From: Eledone cirrhosa
Lineage: Eukaryota
NCBI GenBank assembly: GCA_964016885.1
Contig: OZ024746.1
Coordinates: 45,384,001-45,448,000, forward strand
Reading direction: 5' to 3'
Length of the DNA stretch: 64,000 nt
The notes under the pieces were generated by a model. It was given only the letters and a program-made list of their open reading frames with translations, was not told where the DNA came from and did not search any database. Below are positions 57,692 through 64,000 of this stretch, in pieces. The position numbers and the translations under genes are program-made. Position 1 is the first letter of the stretch, and each line of letters starts with the position of its first letter.

Positions 57692-57694
<3 letters not shown>
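56565..57694 (+). mobile_element. Hammerhead-containing ~421-bp unit: inverted partial copy plus two direct copies
   Basis: 56565-56883 is the reverse complement of the unit. ccttataacctgtccacc occurs at 56882 and 57303. (AT)n flanks both ends. Confidence 0.88.
56608..56663 (-). ncRNA. Minimal hammerhead ribozyme (intact core, weak stem I)
   Basis: AGCU-CUGACGA-AUCCUACG-GUUA-CGUAAGGAA-GAAA-CAUUG-UA/AGCC. The plus-strand copies (57078-57133, 57500-57555) have GUGACGA. Confidence 0.65.
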
Positions 57695-57730
<36 letters not shown>

Positions 57731-57789
57731 GTGTGTGTGAATATATACCACCACCATCTTTTCTGACTGTGCCACCAGATTATATTTGA

Positions 57790-58070
57790 GAGGGAAACTG
57801 AGGATAAGAGGAATCAGTTGTAGTGTGCAACAGAGATGACTGTGCTGGTATATACATGTGAAGTATATGGATGAGAAACACTGGGTGCCAGAACATGGCA
57901 GTGAAAGGAAGCTGCAGTAGAAGAACACTGTGAAAAGCCTGAGCAGAGAAGGTTATTTTAAAACATTGAGATGACAAAGGAACACTAATAATAATGGGAG
58001 GCAGTGCTGGAAAGGATTCATCCAACCCATGCTAGCAATGAAATACTGACTTAAAATGATGATGATTGTA
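57790..58070 (+). mobile_element. Old RTE-type LINE 3' fragment
   Basis: KLRIRGISCSVQQR*LCWY.HV resembles the 46790-46860 region. Confidence 0.5.
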
Positions 58071-59617
58071 AGTTTGTAAATCCCCAGATAAATTTCAGTG
58101 TCTCTTCCAATTGTTGTAATAAACTTGTCATTGCCATTATCATTGTCATCATGAGCCATTGTGGGGCTAGGTTTTACAACAAAGTGCCTTTAATTGTGAC
58201 AAACCTTTAGTTGCCTCCTACAACACATAAGGATTTGGTGTATCTGTATCTGTTTAACATAGCTAGACTTCAGTATCCAGGATTTATGAAAGAACTTGCC
58301 TAAGTCTTTTGTAGGATCACTAGCATCTGGCAAGACCAATATAGGACAGACAGGCCATCTACATCAGTTACACGTGAACTTCTGTTCTAGGCTTGGTGTT
58401 GTTGTGTCATTTTTCTTCCTCCTACTCCTTGTCAGCATCAATCATGTGAACATTCTCAAAGGAGGAAACAGACTTTTGGATGGTGTGTTACCATGTCACA
58501 TGATCCAAGACTACATAAAATCACAGGCAATATTTAATGTCACATACTATAAAGGACTTGGGTAAAGTTTGCCATAGACTTTGTGGTACTATTGATAGGG
58601 TTACAGTGTAATAATAGCAATAGATGGAATATGAGCCAACTATCTTTCAGATAATAGACCATTAGCTTCTTGTTAACATAATTAATGCTGGATCCCATTT
58701 ATTCTAACAATAAAACTGATAAAACTAATCAAATAGTTTTACCAGTAGTTTACTAAAAAGAATATATAGTTAAATATTGAACACTGAAGAGGAGTGAAAC
58801 ATGTTTCTTTCCTCTGGTGTAAATAGAAAAGAAGTATCAATTTATTTTTTACACCATATACATACACACACATACATGCACATGCACACATACACATATG
58901 CACATACATACATACACATACACACACACACACGCAGTACAGCTCAGTTGCTTTTTTTTTTTACATATTTGTTATCTCTGCCAAACCCTTAAAAGCAGGC
59001 AAGTAATTTATGAGCCACCCTAATCTTTTGATCCATGCCATATTAAATCATATGATTAATACACTTAATTTAATCTCTTATTCTTGCATTGCGTTACAGC
59101 TGTAATAAGCCATGATATATAACCCATGGTGTAAATTACCAGTAGCCTAATCCTGTCACATTCTTTTCTTATCTATTCTTTCCTATACTTTGTATTACTT
59201 CACAGCTGAATAGTTAACTTTTCTTGTTTTTTTCATTATTACACTTGGTTTCAAAGATTATATACCCATAATGCACTGGTATTACTGCAGTCAATACTGA
59301 TTTAATCCAGAACCCCATACAAGAATATATTCATATTCAGTTCTTCTTATGCATGTGTTGCTGCATTATCCTTCTCCTCCTTCTCCTCATCTGCCTCATT
59401 ATTTTCATCCTCATCCTCCTCCTCATCATTATTTTATATCCATTTTTCCTGCTGGTAATGGTTGGATACATTGTTAGGTCTGAACAAACCACATTACTGA
59501 ATATGCTGGGTACATTTTATGGTAGCACCAGCACTTGAGATGTTGCCATGTCCTCAACAAAACTAAATAAGCCTTTCTACCCTACAGTCACTTTACAGAG
59601 TGTGCTTGGTGCATTTT

Positions 59618-59704
59618 TGCCTTTCATCCTTATAGGGTTGATAAAATAAAGCACCAGTAATGCACTGGGGTAATTGCTGGCCTTGTGCCAAAAGTAGAAA
59701 CAAT
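59618..59704 (+). mobile_element. Meta-domain SINE fragment
   Basis: Family match. Confidence 0.8.
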
Positions 59705-60164
59705 TTTATTAAGGCACCAACACAAGATAAGTTGCCTTTCCCCTACATTGCCTCTGTTTTTTTTAAAGGTGCATACATGTGTAGTTTGAAAAAGACTGAT
59801 GGCTAAGATGTAAAATCAGAAGAAAGTATGAATATGACATAAAACTCTAATGTTATTCAACAATGCAAATTCAACTTTTAGTTTATGAATAAGCCTTGTT
59901 TTTCATAGAAAATTAATTTTACCCTTCAGAACGATGGAAAATTAATCTTGCATAGCTTTTTAGTTTAATTTTTTGTTGTCTTGTTTTTTTTTGTTTACTT
60001 GGACAATTCTTTCCTGTTTCTTAATAGTTTGTATTGATACTGTTATTTTTTTTCCATTTTTGTTTAATTATTTTCCTGCTATTTATTCAGTTCTACTCCA
60101 GTTTGGTTTACTTATTTGCAATTAGAATACAATATGAATATTTTATGCTAGAAAGAATTGGAAT

Positions 60165-60166
60165 AG

Positions 60167-60210
<44 letters not shown>

Positions 60211-60725
60211 TTGTATGGGACTGATAAGAAGAGAAACTAAGAAAATGGAAATTTAGTGTAAAGAGAAAGATGTTAGAGAGACAAACAAACAAATAGAGAA
60301 GCATGGAAAAGAATGATACAAAGAAGAAATTGATAGAAAGGAAGCAGAGAGGGATAAAATGAAACTAAAACAAAAGAAGAAAATAGTGAGAGAAAGAGAG
60401 AGAACATAAATGGAAGAAACTGAGTGATAGAAAAAAAGAAATAAGAAAAGAAAGAAAGAAAGAGTGAAGGAAAGAAAGTAAGAAAAGATGAAGGAAATGA
60501 GTGATAATTGATTAAAATTTAGAAAAGAGAAACTAAAAGAGAGAAGGAAGAATATGAGGAAGGAAAAAGAGATGAGGGAAAGAGGAAACAGAAAAAGGAA
60601 ACATTAAAGAATAAAATTATGAAATTAAAAGAGTGATTAAGGAGAAAGAAGATAAAGACAAAGACTTGAAACAATATAGAAAGAAAGGAAGAGAGTGACT
60701 TATGGAAAGAGAAATAGATAGAAAT
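60165..60725. repeat. (GA)n and purine-rich low complexity (also 60950-61480 and 63730-64000)
   Basis: Direct reading. Confidence 0.85.
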
Positions 60726-61609
60726 TGTTGATGTTGTTGTTGCTTAGTCTCAGTTCAAGCATTATTGAGTACACCTGTGATGAAAGATATTCCAGGTTTG
60801 ACCATTCAGTATCTTTTTTGTAAATGTAAGCAGTGGCTACAATGTTTAGTGTATTTTTTATTAATTAAGGTGATGGGTTGTGTAATTTAAGGTTTAAAGT
60901 AATGCTATTTCTAGCAGGTTGAATGGCGACATAGAGGACTACATTATTGGATTGAAGAGATAACAGTCAAACAAATGTGTGATAGAAAAAAGTGAAGAGG
61001 GAGATGGGGGATGAGAGTTAGTAAATTAAAGAGGAAAATAAGGTAAAAATTGAGACAGATCAAAGACAAAGAGTAAGAGAGGTGGGGGGATTTAATGGAT
61101 CGATTTGATGGGTGGATTTGAAGTGTGGTGGGAGAATGATGTGTTACATGTGGGTGGGGATAAATGTTTAAAGATTCAAAGCAGGAGGAGGAGGAGAAAG
61201 AAATCAAGAGAAAGAAAGTGTGTAAAATAATGAGTGAAGAAGGTCACAAGAAAAAGAATTGTGACAAATGAAAAAAAAAGGAGAGTTTTTTTTTTGGGGG
61301 GGGGGGGGGGGGTATGAGAGAATAACAAACAATATTAAAGTGGGAGTAAGGGAGAGAAAGTGAATATATGAGGTTGTAAGAGAGAGAGAGAGATATGCAA
61401 ACAGTCAGGCAGAGAGAGAATATGTGTGTGTGGGAAAATAAGAGAACTTGAGATAGAACAAAGAACAAGAGTGGGTATGACAGATTAATAACAAAGCAAT
61501 AAGCTGAGAGTGTGTGTGTGTTGTATGCATTTATGTATATATATATATATGTATGTGTATGTTTGTTTATGTACATATTTATAAATGCATGCATGCTGTT
61601 TATCCCCCA

Positions 61610-62190
61610 AAGGGAGTTCACAATTCATCCTCATTAACCAAGCAGGCTTGGTGGGAATTATCAGTTTAGTTGCTGACATGTACAGATTGGACTCAAAAGT
61701 AAGCTATGTTAATCACATGAAATCACATACATACTCATGGAAACAATCAACAAATACCTGTCTTTTGTTTCCAAATCCACAAGAATCCTGTGGAGCAATC
61801 CTGTGCAGCAATCCTGGACTTCAGTCATAAGCAAAATTTGTTATTCCACAAATGCACTCTTTCTTACAACTTTATTTAACAGTGTACTTTGTGTCATCCC
61901 TGTCAAATCACATATGGCTAACTACACCATTGTCATTGACTGACTGGGGGACAAAAGAAAAAAGTTCAAAGATCGAATGAAGATCATTTTCAAAACCTTT
62001 CTAAAGTGGAAGGTCTCACCAACAACTGTTTGCTTTGACAGTCTTACTGTTGAGACTATGAAGGTATTAAATTGAAATTAACTCAGCACTAAAATAAGAA
62101 ACATTTTGATATCTAACTTGTCCAACAAGACATACACATGTTTCATCTGCAAATGAAGCTGCCCATCAAGTATTAGGATGTACTGTCTGA
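61610..62190 (+). mobile_element. Degenerate RTE/BovB-like LINE 3' fragment
   Basis: GQKKKFKD-like motif at about 61948 and a terminal Cys motif at about 62140; heavily frameshifted. Confidence 0.45.
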
Positions 62191-62845
62191 AGAAAAAGAT
62201 GAACAATTAATGGACAATCAATGGACAACAATAGGCATGTATGTATGTAAGATCGCTCTTCAGCGCTACTGGTAACATATAACCCAATATAACCTGTGCA
62301 TGGTCAGGTCTTCAGTGACTAAACCAACAACCCTACCAAACTTGCTTAGTGAGGAGGGTGATTTTGGACACCCTGTGGGATTTAAAACAAGACCTGGCAA
62401 AGAGCGGAGGAACTCAGGAGAGTCAACTGCCATCCAATAATGTTATGTTGTGCAGCGAGAGACTCCTAGTCTTCATTAAGACATCTCTCTATGAGAAGGT
62501 CACTTCAATATAAAACCTTCGGACTTAATTTGCATCCAATGTAGACCAGTTCTTCTTTTTCAGTACAATTGGCCCCGTGCAAGCCTTTCCTTACTTTAAA
62601 AATTTTCAGGCACAGGCATCGATTGATATGTGACATTTGTTTGCGATGCATAGTATTGCTGGCCATAGGCAGGTTCCTGGTGGGTCTGAAGGGCCACGTC
62701 TGTGCTGCTGATGCTTGAGTGACAAGTGATGGCATTGCTTCAAGTCAAGTTGCAGCCATCATGTATGTATGATTATAACTATGTATTATGTATGGATGAG
62801 TGTATGTGTGTATGCATGTATGAAAAAAAAAATATATATATATAT

Positions 62846-63139
62846 ATTATAGATAATGAGGAATCAGTGATGCATCAAAACACAATTTATTAACATATTA
62901 CATATGTTTCTCTGATGATCAGCTCAAGGCAGGATCTGTTACAGATTGAACCTGACTCTGCATTCGCAAGGCCCTCAGATATGTTGTAAAACATCGTCGG
63001 AGAAACATATGTAAAATGTTAATAAATTGTGTTTTGATGCATCACTGATTCCTTGTTATCTATAATAATATACTCTGCTCTGCGCGAGTATCGAGTGCTC
63101 AAACGCCATACTGCCTTTGGACGCATTTATTGCAACCAT

Positions 63140-63148
<9 letters not shown>
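62846..63148 (+). mobile_element. pLTR-like remnant with a ~73-bp inverted arm and a hammerhead 3' half
   Basis: 62846-62919 mirrors 62993-63066. GAAA-CAUAUG-UA at 63002-63013, bulged hairpin at 63072-63096, (AT)n at both ends. Confidence 0.65.
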
Positions 63149-63195
<47 letters not shown>

Positions 63196-63198
<3 letters not shown>

Positions 63199-63353
63199 GT
63201 GTGTGATTTATTGATTAGGATGTTTTTATCTCACAACTGTAAAGTCAGGAGTTTGATTCTCTGAGTATATTGCTGAGTATATTCTCTGAGTATAGTCCAA
63301 CTCAGCTGGCAAATGAGTTATACCTGTAATTCAAAAGGACAGACTTTTCACTC
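63196..63353 (+). mobile_element. Truncated CORE-type SINE
   Basis: Near-identical to the reverse complement of 15746-15885. Confidence 0.65.
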
Positions 63354-64000
63354 AGTATCATTCTGAATCTCCCTTGAAGCTATGGTAAAGATATATGTGT
63401 CTGTTGAATGTTCCAACAGGTTGTTATGTTGTTTGAACAACAGAAATGTTAGTTGGCAGAACCAACAGAGGTCCAATAACAACAATGTATCAATATATGT
63501 ATAGTTTGAATGTATTAATATATGTATAGCATGAATATATTTGTGTGAAAGCATGGATGATATTGCATGTGTAGATCTGTGTTTTGTCAGGTATATGTGT
63601 ACATATATATGTGTTTGCTTTTTAAACATGTGTATATGTAATTAATTTGTACTAAAACTCTGGAATATTTGTTGGTATGTATGCAAGCACATATGTAAGC
63701 ACATGTGATATGTGTCAGTATGTATGCGTGGGTGGGTGCGGGTGAGAGAAAAAGAGAGAGAAGAGAAAAGAGAAAAATGGAGGGAAATAAAGTGAATGGA
63801 GGTTAAAAGGTGAGTGTGGAAGGAAAAGAAATAAAGAGGTATAAAGAAATGAGGATGGGGTGGGGTATGTTAGACAGTGAAAGAGGAGTAGTAAGTGAGA
63901 ATAAGAGAGATGAGTGTAATCAAGAGGAAAGACTTGATAGAGAAGGAAGAAGAGAAGTAGGAGATTGTAAGAAAGATAAAGAGAAATAGAAATATATAAA

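Noticed and set aside
21001-59704. tRNA genes suggested by GTTCAAATCCC B-box motifs
   Set aside because: All lie in SINE heads followed by the Meta-like core, and none forms a complete cloverleaf.

Overview
This is AT-rich, repeat-dominated animal DNA with no host protein-coding gene I can support. The SINE repertoire and (AT)n load suggest an octopus or other cephalopod, which is an inference. Almost all ORF-track entries are artefacts of (AT)n/(GAT)n microsatellites. Real coding remnants are two Penelope-like retroelements (RT plus C-terminal GIY-YIG, probably Naiad-type), RTE-type LINEs (one family with a PHD-like Cys insert), R4/Dong-like RLE fragments, Tx1/L1 fragments and a hAT transposase remnant. 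There are also many Meta-domain and CORE-type SINEs and several MITEs. The most interesting signal is non-coding. (1) A near-perfect tandem array of a 466-bp unit (1092-4127) carries a minimal type I hammerhead ribozyme in every unit, and a diverged copy at 15.2-15.7 kb shows a compensatory stem change. (2) Five to six other unrelated hammerhead-bearing pLTR/retrozyme-like families sit in (AT)n tracts, most with an inverted arm. (3) A conserved bulged stem-loop (RCUC-stem-loop-stem-UN-GAGY) recurs about 11 times in unrelated elements, usually 46-51 nt before the junction with (AT)n, and is a candidate shared RT-recognition signal. All structures were read by eye, none were folded or searched computationally, and most repeat boundaries are approximate.
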